Shown here one piece after another: positions 39,126 to 49,183 of a stretch of DNA of 49,929 nucleotides. Source of the stretch: Octopus bimaculoides (taxonomy: Eukaryota); the NCBI RefSeq assembly GCF_001194135.2, contig NC_068991.1:31961430-32011358 (forward strand), in the 5' to 3' direction. Within the stretch, counting starts at the first letter, position 1. Every line of letters starts with the position of its first letter. The translations under genes were made by a program, and so were the position numbers. The notes below the pieces were generated by a model. That model made no database searches. It saw nothing but the letters and a program-made list of their open reading frames with translations, and was not told the origin of the DNA.

Positions 39126-42100
39126 TCAAAGACCATCTCAACTTCTACAAATAACATCTGCATGTCTGACTGTCCACTAATTCCTGTCCTAAAATGGTCA
39201 CAAATGTGGTTGGAAACTCAGCTTACATTTCGTTCTCTTTGCTTAGCTTAGAAAATGTAAAATATTTCCCATAATAAACTAGTCAGATATGTCATGAAAT
39301 AACACCAGCAGTTCAACTGATGCACATCTACTTCTGTGTTTGTGTACACACACGTTTGTATGCATGAATAGAGACATATAATATCAATGGAAACTTATGA
39401 ATTGGCTATAATTTCATTTTCCTTTTTATCTTTTCAGGCTTTTCCTTGTATTTCAACTGGAGTCTATGGTAAGATTAAAAAAAAAATTTTTTTTCCTGCT
39501 ATTCCTTCTGTGTCAGTATATATTTTAAGAATCAGGGAAGGAAAGGCAGAAGCCATGACCATTGATAGGGATTTTGATACTGGAGGTTGGTATGAAAGAC
39601 ATTATCATCAGGCAAGAGTGTTAACCCAAATATTTGTGAGAGAGTGGACACTGCTAAAATCAGCCAAGAGTTGCAGGTGAGATTAGATTTCTCACTGATG
39701 GATTTCCACACAGTTTTTCTTTGTCATGGTTTTGGTTGACTCTTGGCTATGATAGAATATGTCCTAAGTGCCATGCAATGGTATCAAACCTAAAACCATG
39801 TATTTGTGTGGTGATTTACTTGCACAGCCATTCCTTTATGGAATGGCAATTACGTGAAAGCTGATAAACCAAACCTGATGTCACATTTCATCATACAGCA
39901 ACAGATGGAACTAGTCAGGTGCATAGAGACATATCTAGCCTTTCTGTAAAGATTTTTGGCTTAAAGTCCATGTATTAGATTTTCACAACATAACCGATGA
40001 TCTACAAAAATAAAAATTCCAAATCTGTTTAGCTTTTTAACCATTCATTATTATACTTGAGGTTGCAAACTGGCAAAATTGTTAAAGCATCAGACAAAAT
40101 GCCATGTCGTATTTGTTCCAGCTTTTTATGTCCTGAGTTCAAATCCTGCTGAGGTCAATTTTGTCTTCCAATCCTCTGAGGTTGGTAAAGTAAAGTACCA
40201 ATCAAGTACTGAGATCACTGGTATCAACTAAGTCTCTCCTCTCAAAAATTGTTATGCCTAAATTAGAAACCATTATTGTGGTTTTAGTTCCAAGACTGGG
40301 TGGGGATGGTGCATTGTGTTCTTGAGCAAGACATTTTATTCCACATTGCTCTGCAATCACTTCGACACCTGATGCGTAGTACACTGCGCACCTGTTCAGG
40401 CAATGTCAATTTGATTGAGAAAGTGAGCTAATGTGCAGCACAAACATTTGATCACTATAAACAAATTATTTGTGCAGGTCATTTAGAAAAAGCTAAACAC
40501 TCATATGTTGCCTTTGACAAAAGGATACATCATTATTATTATTATTATTATCAAGGTAGTAAGGCAGCAAGCTGGCAGAATCGTTAGCACGCTGGAGGAA
40601 ATGCTTAGCAGTATTTCGCCCATCGCTACGTTTTGAGTCGAAATTTCAGTGGTCGACTTTGCCATTCATCCTTCAGGGTTGATAAATTAAGTATCAGTCA
40701 AGTGCTGGGGTCGATGTAATCAATTATCCTCCTCCCCACAAATTCTAGGCCTTGTGCCTATAGCAAAAAGGATTATTATTAAGGTAGTGGATTAGCAGAA
40801 TCATTAGAACATCAGACAAAATGTCTTTCTAGTATTTGTTCTGGCTCCTCCAAATCCTCTTGTGATTAATTTTGCCTTTCATCCTTTTGGGGTTGATAAA
40901 ATAAAGACCCAGTCAAATTGCTGGACCTCTACATAAATTAGAGACAAATTATTATTAGTAAAACATTATTATTGGAGAAAATATTATTCTTTAGAGTGCT
41001 GACTTAGTGGAGCATCAGACAAAATATTTTGTATTCTGTTCAATACTTTCATCCTTCTGTGAAATACTGGGGAGTTGATATAGTTGACAGTTACATCCCT
41101 TGTGTTGTGAGGTGGGAACTAGTAACCTTCTGTCAATTTTTTATCTTCTACTTGTTTCAGTCATTTGACTGACTATGTGTTGGGTTTTTTAGTTGAACAA
41201 ATGGACCCCAGGATTTTTTTTCATATTCTATTGGTCACTTTTGTCAAACTGCTAAGTTACAGTGATGTAAACACATCAACAGCAGTTGTCAATCGTTGGT
41301 AGGGGACAAACACGCGCACGCACATACACACACACAATGGGGTTTCTTTCAGTTTCTGTCTGCCAAATTCACTCACAAGGACTGAAACTGGAATCATGTG
41401 GTTGGAGAGCAAGCCTCTTCCCACACAGCCATGCCTGCATTAAATAGTTCATCATCATCATCGTTTAACGTCCGCTTTCCATGCTAGCATGGGTTGGACG
41501 ATTTGACTGAGGACTGGTGAAACCGGATGGCAACACCAGGCTCCAATCTAAATTTGGCAGAGTTTCTACAGCTGGATGCCCTTCCTAACGCCAACCACTC
41601 AGAGAGTGTAGTAGGTGCTTTTACGTGTCACCTGCTAGAATTAAGAATTCTTTGTAGAGATTCAATGTTCTTTTTCAATTATTTTCTTCCCTTGAAAAGT
41701 AACTGTACCTTGTCAGATTCCCCATAGTGTACCCTGACAAACCACACACCGGCACCCTGTTAAACCACAGATATTTTTGTCTTTTATATTTCATTGGTTC
41801 CCCTCAGTAGGTTGAGGTCATTCCTTCCATTGTTGATTACATTACCCCTCCCCACTACTTGGATTAACTTTGGAAGAAGTGGACCATGGTAGAATCTGAA
41901 CTTAAAAAAGAATTACAATAATAAAATATTACAGGTTATTATGTTTAACATTGTAATAATTTTACCATCCATCACCATACTGTTCTGCCAACTCTATTTC
42001 CTAACCACCTTGTATTATAAATATTCATCTCCTAGAAGTCTAACAAATAGAGCTAACTACTTAATATAATCTGGGTAATTGTCAGCAATTAAATATTGAT

Positions 42101-45100
42101 TGACTTCAAGAATGTGTTGTCATCATCATCATCATCATCATCATCGTTTAACGTCCGCTTTCCATGCTAGCATGGGTTGGACGATTTGACTGAGGACTGG
42201 TGAAACCGGATGGCAACACCAGGCTCCAATCTAATTTGGCAGAGTTTCTACAGCTGGATGCCCTTCCTAACGCCAACCACTCAGAGAGTGTAGTAGGTGC
42301 TTTTACGTGTCACCCGCACGAAAACGGCCACGCTCGAAATGGTGTCTTTTATGTGCCACCCGCACAAGCCAGTCCAGGGGCACTGGCAACGATCTCACTC
42401 GAAAATCCTACGGGAGCCAGTCAGGCGGTACTGGCAGAGGATATCTTTTCTTCTAGGAAGACATACAAACAAGAATGGCTCTGTGTTTGTTTTCTTGAGC
42501 TTTTAGAAAGAATTCCAACTCGGCACCACAAGTTTACATACTTCACCACCCCACTCATACATCATACAGCCACATACCCAACCAGACATACACCACCCAC
42601 AACATGCCTACCTTCATTCATACATTGCACTCTCTCCACAGCCCCCTCCCCATCTCTGTTTCAATGTACACTGATGAACTGTATTATTATTATTAATAAT
42701 ATTATCATTAAGGCAGCGAGCTGGCAGAATCATTAGCATGTCAGGCAAAATGCTTTGCGACATTTTGTCCAACCATATGTTCTGAGTTCAAATTCCACCA
42801 ACGTTAACTTTGCCATTCATCCTTTTGTGGTTGATAAATTAAGTACCAGTGAAACACTGAGGGTCAGTGTAATTGAGTAGTCCCCTCCCACCAAATTTCA
42901 GGCCTTGTAACTTTAGTAGAAAGGATTATTATTATTGGCAAGCTGGCAGAATCATTAGCATGTTGGGCAAAATGCTTAGCAGCATTTCACCTGTCTTCGT
43001 GTTCTGAGTTTAAATTTCACTGTGGTTGATTTTGCCTTTCATCCTTTCAGGGGTGATGAAATGAGTACCAGTTATGCACTAGGATCAATGTAATCGATTA
43101 TCCCCTCCACCAAATTTCAGGCCTTGTGCCTATTGTAGAAAGGATTATTATTATTATATCTACTTTTATCTAGATGGGATGGACCAAACTACAAATATTT
43201 TCATTCTCTCAGTAATCACTTTATAAAACTATTTAGCTAATAACCTCATATTTTGTAGTTTGTCACATGCACCTGATACTCTGCACTTTTGTCCACATCT
43301 AACCATTTGCAGGTTGATACTCCCAAGTGGTAGCCATACACATGCTGACATTCCATTTTCAGCCACATATATGCCAATACTCCCTAATGTTAGTGATACA
43401 CATTCTGACACTCCCTCTCTTAGTCACATAAATGCTGATACTTCATGATATTAACCCCATACAGGTCGATGCTCTCTTTTGTTAAATATACACACACTAA
43501 TACTCTCTTCTTTAAGTAACATATATGTTGATACTCTCTTGAGTCAGCTAGTTGTCACTCTCTTTATTCATTTCAAATTATTGTCTCCATCCAGGTTATC
43601 CCAATGATAAAGCAGCAGAAGTTTCCTTACAAACAGTACGGAAGTGGATGGAATCCAATCATGAAAAGGTAAATATATCTTGGATTGTTCTAGATGTTTG
43701 AGGTTATAATCTGTCTATGATTACATATCCATGTTCTTTCTTAAGGTAGTAGGGTTTGATTTGAAAGTAGATTTGGCTTTTATTTCCAACATGTCCAGTA
43801 AGGGTAGAAACTTGGTTTTGGTGTTTGTGCCAGTGTCTTTTCTATTACTGAAAGGACAGTGTGTTTTAAATGAAGTCAGCATAGCAGAACCACTGTCCTC
43901 CTCGAGGTTATTCCTACAGGAGGATTTGAACTGGCCACTCATTAGTTTCACTGCTAACAGCAGTGATTTGTTACTATTCTGCTCTACCTATTTACAGCTA
44001 AACAAATGTTTGTGAATTAAATGTGTTGGTTACAGGTACTATGTGGTATGAATTTGACAGACAACTTGTGGCATGTTTGTTTTAAAAATATATGAAGCCA
44101 CTACTGCTGTTTCTAACATGACATATGTACAGTTGTGTATGTTACACACCCAATTTTTAGGTATGGATGGTGAGTTTGCATGTCTGCAAGATATTGGGGA
44201 ATACATTTCTATATTTGAGAGATGAGGAATTATTTACATTTGACAGATATTTGTCCTCATCTTGTTTGTTGTTAATACATTTCAGCTGATAAACTCTCCA
44301 GCCTTCGTCAGGTGTCTTGGGGAAATTTCGAACCTGGGTTCTCATTCCTAAGGTATTTTTTGATATTATTATTATTATTCAGGTCACCGCCTGGAATCGA
44401 ACTCAGAATCTTGGGGATAGTAGCCCATGCTCTTAACCACTACACCATATGCCTGATGGCAATTATGGAGTGTGTTTTAAATGAAGTCAGCATAGCAGAA
44501 CCACTGTCCTCCTCGAGGCTATAGCTACAGGAAGATTTGAACTGGCTACTCATTAGTTTCACTGCTAACAGCAATGATTTGTTACTATTCTGCTCTACCT
44601 ATTTACAGCCCTCAAAATAAGGGTAGAGGAACATCGCAAAGCTATGACATGAGGAGATATTGATAAATCGGGTATAACTGATCATGTATGGAAAAACGGA
44701 GACTACCTCCCCCTGTGGGATGAAGTTAAACTAACAGACAGAGAACACCACTGGAAAATACGAAAACTAAAAGAAGTAGCACATATGCTAGGACATAATA
44801 ACCTCCTAAGCAGACCGAGTGCAGATATGAGTAGCATAGGAGAACTGGTATTAAGGAAGGGTAGGAAAATATTAGATTTATAAGCCCTAAAATTCACTCC
44901 ATAATTGTCCATGGGCATATGGCATAGTGGTTAAGAGCGCGGGCTACTAACCCCAAGATTCCGAGTTCAATTTCAGGCAACGACTTGAATAATAATAATA
45001 ATATTGAAAAATACCATAGGAATGCGAACCTGGGTTGAAAATTTCCCCAAAACACTTGATGAAGGCTCGAGCGTATATCAGCCGAAACATTGTGTTAACA

Positions 45101-46308
45101 ACAAACAAGATGAGGACAAATATCCATCAAATGTAAATAAGATATTGGGGAATACCACAACACAGAAAAGTGTGGGTACATAAGATGACACCTTCACAGA
45201 TTGCAAGTGTCAGTGATCCAAATCTAAATGGATAAACTGAACCACAAGATCTATGACTAAGGTGCTTCATCATTACATTTATTTGAACACTGCAATACTG
45301 ATACGCAGCTACACTATTTCCCTCTCTGTCCTGCACTTTATTTCTCAAGAACTGTGTTCATAATCCACAATTTAATTCCTCATGATCCATGTTAACTCTA
45401 GATCCAAATCCATCCTATGGCAGACATTCTCTTTTCCTTCGCATTTTTATGGTTAATGTTGAAGAATAATGTCCAGTTATTTGTAAAAAGTTAAACTTGA
45501 AACTAGATGACAACTGTTATTATTTTAACCGTTAGTGGCGTAGTGTGTCACTGATTACTTTCTCATCCGTATTTAGGTTGACCGAGTTATTTTCTGTATT
45601 TTCCTGCCCAAAGATGTAGACATTTACAGAGAGAAGATGCAGAAATATTTTCCCTTAAATGAGAGAAGTAAGTTGTTTATTGTTGATTTTTAGCCTAAAA
45701 GAAACAAAAAGATTTTTGTTTTATAATGTCATCAATGACATCAATCTTACCAGTCCTGGTACTCTCTCCTTCCCTCATCCTCCTTTACAGCTTCCATGAG
45801 AAACCATTTGTATGAAACTCGATAACAGTTGCTATAGCAAAATGAGGGAATGCCTCATCTAATTGGTCATTCTGCTAGAAATAATAGCCAAATAGCACTG
45901 TATTCTTTCAAAAAAGTAGGAAAACAGTGGATGGTCATGCGTAGTTTTATTGTATAACTGGCCAACCATGGTTGACTTTGGGTCAAACAACGATTACTAA
46001 AATAACATATCTGGCAAAAAACATCAAATTCACTTCATAAATTGGTGTGGTTAATGAGAGTGTCTGGTGGTGGTACTGGGTGAGTGGAGGTTTTTGGTGG
46101 CGATACTAGTTGGTGGTGGGAGATGTCTAGTGGTAACATTGAGTTGGTTGCATCTGATGAAAATGTTGCTTGTAACAGTGTCTGGTAACAATATTGAGTG
46201 GGGTGATGTCATTTAGCCCCAGATCTGCTGTAATTATGAGAATCCTATTTATTTTTTATTTTTTCAGACATTGTATGTCTTGGACCACCTTATTTGTATA
46301 CTTTATAG
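10576..46308 (+). CDS. MACROD: MacroD-type macrodomain protein (mono-ADP-ribosylhydrolase / O-acetyl-ADP-ribose deacetylase, MACROD1/2 homologue). 5'-partial and spliced: join(10576..10623,11618..11719,13851..13904,14144..14263,26121..26216,27400..27420,27986..28086,39438..39468,43595..43668,45577..45667,46268..46308)
   Basis: All internal exons have AG/GT boundaries and compatible phases, giving one open frame: ...[15 protein letters not shown]...[77 protein letters not shown]...CYQKSL...[31 protein letters not shown]...[26 protein letters not shown]. The motifs GDIT, NAAN, GGGGVDGAIH and ISTGxYGxP define the MacroD family. Confidence 0.93.
11618..11719 (+). CDS. MACROD: MACROD homologue exon (102 nt; [34 protein letters not shown])
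   Basis: Poly-T...tag acceptor and gtaagt donor. [11 protein letters not shown] resembles the DYIPLNSILSW segment N-terminal to the vertebrate MacroD2 domain (from recall). Confidence 0.85.
12169..12305 (-). mobile_element. Young RTE LINE 3' tail. Near-identical copies at 6287-6602, 41452-41635 and 42121-42437; older copies at 15005-15612, 17945-18240 and 19721-19850 (all -) and at 5500-5553 and 38640-38833 (+)
   Basis: (cat)n cgtttaacgtccgctttccatgctagcatgggttggacgatttgactgaggactggtgaaaccgg. It is physically linked to RTE ORF2 at 4107-4998, 6287-7563 and 49183-49929. Confidence 0.9.
13851..13904 (+). CDS. MACROD: MACROD homologue linker exon (54 nt; [18 protein letters not shown])
   Basis: Acceptor ttcattttag, donor gtgagt, phase 1-1, open. 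Confidence 0.75.
14144..14263 (+). CDS. MACROD: MACROD homologue exon (120 nt; [40 protein letters not shown])
   Basis: Acceptor ttttgcag, donor gtaagt. Contains the macrodomain GDIT and NAAN/GGGG motifs. Confidence 0.97.
15880..17490 (+). mobile_element. Decayed RTE LINE (endonuclease end, linker and RT)
   Basis: [83 protein letters not shown]. Many stops and frameshifts. Confidence 0.92.
17723..17892. mobile_element. hAT-type MITE (170 bp) with an 8-bp TSD
   Basis: TIR CAGTGGTTCCCAA / TTGGGAACCACTG. TSD ttctaagt at 17715-17722 and 17893-17900. Confidence 0.92.
19860..20380 (-). mobile_element. Decayed RTE LINE fragment (endonuclease end and linker)
   Basis: [36 protein letters not shown], and an upstream [12 protein letters not shown]-like segment. 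Confidence 0.8.
22830..23174. mobile_element. hAT-type MITE related to 17723-17892
   Basis: 5' TIR cagtggttctcaac, degenerate 3' TIR gttgagaa, partial TSD ctagca, and internal ggggtccat repeats. Confidence 0.7.
24414..24469 (-). ncRNA. Type-I minimal hammerhead ribozyme-like motif with an intact core, in a probable PLE terminal repeat (~24260-24543)
   Basis: The - strand reads CAGG CTGAAGA G-AAATA-GACAGTC-GGTAA-GATTGTT-AAATTT GAAA CCGG T A CCTG: 4-bp helix I, palindromic ACCGGT helix III and a GUA triplet. Confidence 0.75.
24727..24786. mobile_element. Possible piggyBac-type terminus
   Basis: Ends ...ggtaaggg|TTAA, the canonical CCC/GGG-TTAA end. The partner terminus is not visible and may lie in the gap. 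Confidence 0.35.
25033..25862 (+). mobile_element. Tc1/mariner (probably DD37D/maT-like) internally deleted transposon
   Basis: TA|CAGGGTGCAG...CTGCACCCTG|TA. Transposase remnant [34 protein letters not shown] and [17 protein letters not shown]. Confidence 0.9.
26121..26216 (+). CDS. MACROD: MACROD homologue exon (96 nt; [32 protein letters not shown])
   Basis: Acceptor tattttctag, donor gtaaag. Continues GGGG-VDGAIH. Confidence 0.97.
27400..27420 (+). CDS. MACROD: MACROD homologue micro-exon (21 nt; GYCLPAK)
   Basis: Acceptor tctctgcag, donor gtaagt. Supplies the conserved GYxLPAK segment. Confidence 0.93.
27986..28086 (+). CDS. MACROD: MACROD homologue exon (101 nt; [34 protein letters not shown])
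   Basis: Acceptor cattgtctag, donor gtaatt. Contains the IHTVGP and CYxxSL motifs. Confidence 0.95.
28770..28962 (+). mobile_element. Mariner 3' fragment
   Basis: [31 protein letters not shown]-stop, followed by TIR-like ttactttttactcagcctgata. Confidence 0.75.
29000..29570 (+). mobile_element. Decayed RTE LINE fragment (PHD-type finger and C-terminus)
   Basis: [27 protein letters not shown]...FTCGKC, then [18 protein letters not shown]. Confidence 0.85.
30330..31790 (+). mobile_element. Decayed RTE LINE (APE endonuclease end, deleted RT, C-terminus)
   Basis: [37 protein letters not shown], and later [15 protein letters not shown]. Confidence 0.85.
31950..33327 (+). mobile_element. Helitron deletion derivative retaining the C-terminus of the Pif1-like helicase
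   Basis: A|TC 5' end (31950), 3' hairpin cccgggcaacgccggg (33300-33315) and CTAG|T end (33324-33327). 32956-33117 encodes [29 protein letters not shown]-stop. Confidence 0.92.
35078..35268. mobile_element. Merlin-like MITE (191 bp) with internal telomere-like repeats
   Basis: GG...CC termini, a perfect 17-bp inverted repeat at 35084-35100 and 35246-35262, an 8-bp TSD agtttcat (35070-35077 and 35269-35276), and internal ttagggttaaggttag..ttagggttagg. Confidence 0.75.
39438..39468 (+). CDS. MACROD: MACROD homologue micro-exon (31 nt; [10 protein letters not shown])
   Basis: Acceptor tcttttcag, donor gtaaga. Contains the AFPCISTG motif. Confidence 0.96.
40555..40920 (+). mobile_element. Head-to-tail dimer of short tRNA-derived SINE family C. 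Other copies at 40070-40240, 42711-43150 (dimer), 47265-47462 (-), 47940-48070 and 19380-19530 (-)
   Basis: Unit ggcag.gagctggcagaatc.ttagca...gagttcaaattcc...tttgcctttcatccttt.ggggt.gataaa.taagtaccagt...aaaggattattatt, with copies joined through (ATT)n tails. Confidence 0.8.
43595..43668 (+). CDS. MACROD: MACROD homologue exon (74 nt; [25 protein letters not shown])
   Basis: Acceptor ctccatccag, donor gtaaat. Contains the GYPxxxAA helix. Confidence 0.95.
44271..44316 (-). ncRNA. Hammerhead-like motif in the inverted pLTR copy (degenerate helix III and helix I)
   Basis: GACAC CTGACGA A GGCTG-GAGAGTTTAT-CAGCT GAAA TGT A TTAAC. Confidence 0.6.
44611..44883 (+). pseudogene. C-terminal part of a Penelope GIY-YIG endonuclease, with one in-frame stop
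   Basis: [68 protein letters not shown] fits the R.EH..S...H..W..E..R..E..N pattern of PLE endonucleases. Confidence 0.75.
45051..45096 (+). ncRNA. Hammerhead-like motif in the sense pLTR copy (C3U and G16.2A mutated)
   Basis: AACAC TTGATGA A GGCT-CGAGCGTATATC-AGCC GAAA CAT T GTGTT, with helix I AACAC / GTGTT. Confidence 0.6.
45577..45667 (+). CDS. MACROD: MACROD homologue exon (91 nt; [30 protein letters not shown])
   Basis: Acceptor gtatttag, donor gtaagt. Encodes the last macrodomain strand and helix (VDRxIFCxF...Y...FP). Confidence 0.95.
46268..46308 (+). CDS. MACROD: Putative terminal coding exon ([13 protein letters not shown]-stop)
   Basis: Strong poly-T...cag acceptor at 46267. Phase 1 matches the previous exon and reaches TAG at 46306-46308. 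No homology support. Confidence 0.5.
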
Positions 46309-46700
46309 TGGAGGCGCAATGGCCCAGTGGTTAGGGCAGCGGACTCACGTTCATAGGATCGTGGTTTCGATTCCTAGACCAGGCGTTGTGAGTGTTTATT
46401 GAGCGAAAACGCCTAAAAAGCTCCACAATGCTCCGGCAGGGGATGGTGGCGAACCCTGCTGTACTCTTTCACCACAACTTTCTCTCACTCTTACTTCCTG
46501 TTTCTGTTGTGCCTATAATTCAAAGGGTCAGTCTTTTCACACTGTGTCACGTTGAATATCCCCGAGAACTACGTTAAGAGTACACGTGTCTGTGGAATGC
46601 TCAGCCACTTGTACGTTAATTTCACAAGCAGGCTGTTCCGTTGATCGAATCAACTGGAACCCTCGACGTCGTAAGCGACGGAGTGCCAACAACAACAACA
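46309..46700 (+). mobile_element. Full-length tRNA-derived SINE (family B) with an (AAC)n tail
   Basis: tggaggcgcaatggcccagtggttagggcagcggactc...ggtttcgattcc...cgacggagtgcc aacaacaac. Homologous to 2045-2430. Confidence 0.92.
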
Positions 46701-47627
46701 GTTGTTAGATGATAAAATGGGAGTTGAAAAAGAAAAGGCTGCTATTTCTAGTATGATTGTTTAGAAGTTTTGGTAAAGGATGGTGCTGGTAATAATCAGA
46801 ATAAAATTTTTCAGCTTATTTATAGATAGAGCCTCCATTTCGGGTTAAAAGTCTCCCAAAATATAAACAACTTCTCACAGACATTTAGCATTGACTCACA
46901 CACTTGCACAGATACATGTGATGTAGTCCATGATTGACCAGTATCTCTTAATGACCAATTTCATACCTTGTTCACTGCTGACATAGAAGTGTTGATGTTT
47001 TAAACACCCATCACCCACATCCTTGCTCATGTAAACTCACTGTCTTACCCACTCATGCCTTTCATCTCCACACTGCAAAACATTAGCCAATGTCTTACTC
47101 TCATATCCCCCTAGCTTCACATTCTCACTCCTACCTTTACTTTCTCCCCCTACTCTCATTTTCCTCTCCTACTCTTACTTTTCCTCCTATCCTCACTTCC
47201 CCCTTCTGCCTTCACTTTCTCTCTCTTCCCCACTTATTCAAACAGTAGTAATTATATTGGTCTCAGGTTTTGGCTCAAGGCCAGCAATTTTGGGCAGGGT
47301 GTAAGTCTATTACAGCAACCCCAGTGTTCCACTGGTACTTATTTTATTGACCCTAAAAGGCAAAGTTGACCTTATGGTGGAATTTGAACTCAGCATGTAA
47401 AAACAGATGAAATGTCGCTAATCATTTTGTCCAGCACTGTAATAATTCTGCCAGCTTTCCACCTTACAACTGTTGTAACTATATTAACTAAAAGTTTTGA
47501 TTTTTGTTTAAAAATGTTATCAATTTTCCATGGAGAAAAATAATGGATCATATAACTATGAAGTCCATTCCTTTTTGGGGAATATCAGTTTTTATAGAAG
47601 TAAATTTGATGTGGGACAATGAATTTT

Positions 47628-49182
<1,555 letters not shown>

Positions 49183-49183
<1 letters not shown>

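Larger units (their letters stand above)
44205..45138. mobile_element. Penelope-like insertion with inverted terminal pLTR-like repeats and a 17-bp TSD
   Basis: TSD aagatattggggaatac at 44188-44204 and 45139-45155. About 245-bp inverted repeats at 44230-44472 (-) and 44895-45140 (+). GIY-YIG remnant in between. Confidence 0.8.

Noticed and set aside
42200-42736. Recurrent [31 protein letters not shown] (also 6358, 41527, 49286) that could look like a multicopy peptide gene
   Set aside because: It is the antisense reading of the RTE LINE 3' UTR and recurs only because the repeat recurs.
43721-44015. Overlapping ORFs of 76 aa (-) and 94 aa (+) just after a MACROD exon
   Set aside because: No convincing domain. 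The LPLLDM resemblance to a PLE RT is too short to support a call.
46309-46385. tRNA-like sequences (also 2355-2430, 44383-44454, 44913-44984, 5853-5920)
   Set aside because: They are SINE or pLTR heads with A and B boxes that continue into repeat bodies and lack a proper acceptor stem, so they are not called tRNA genes.
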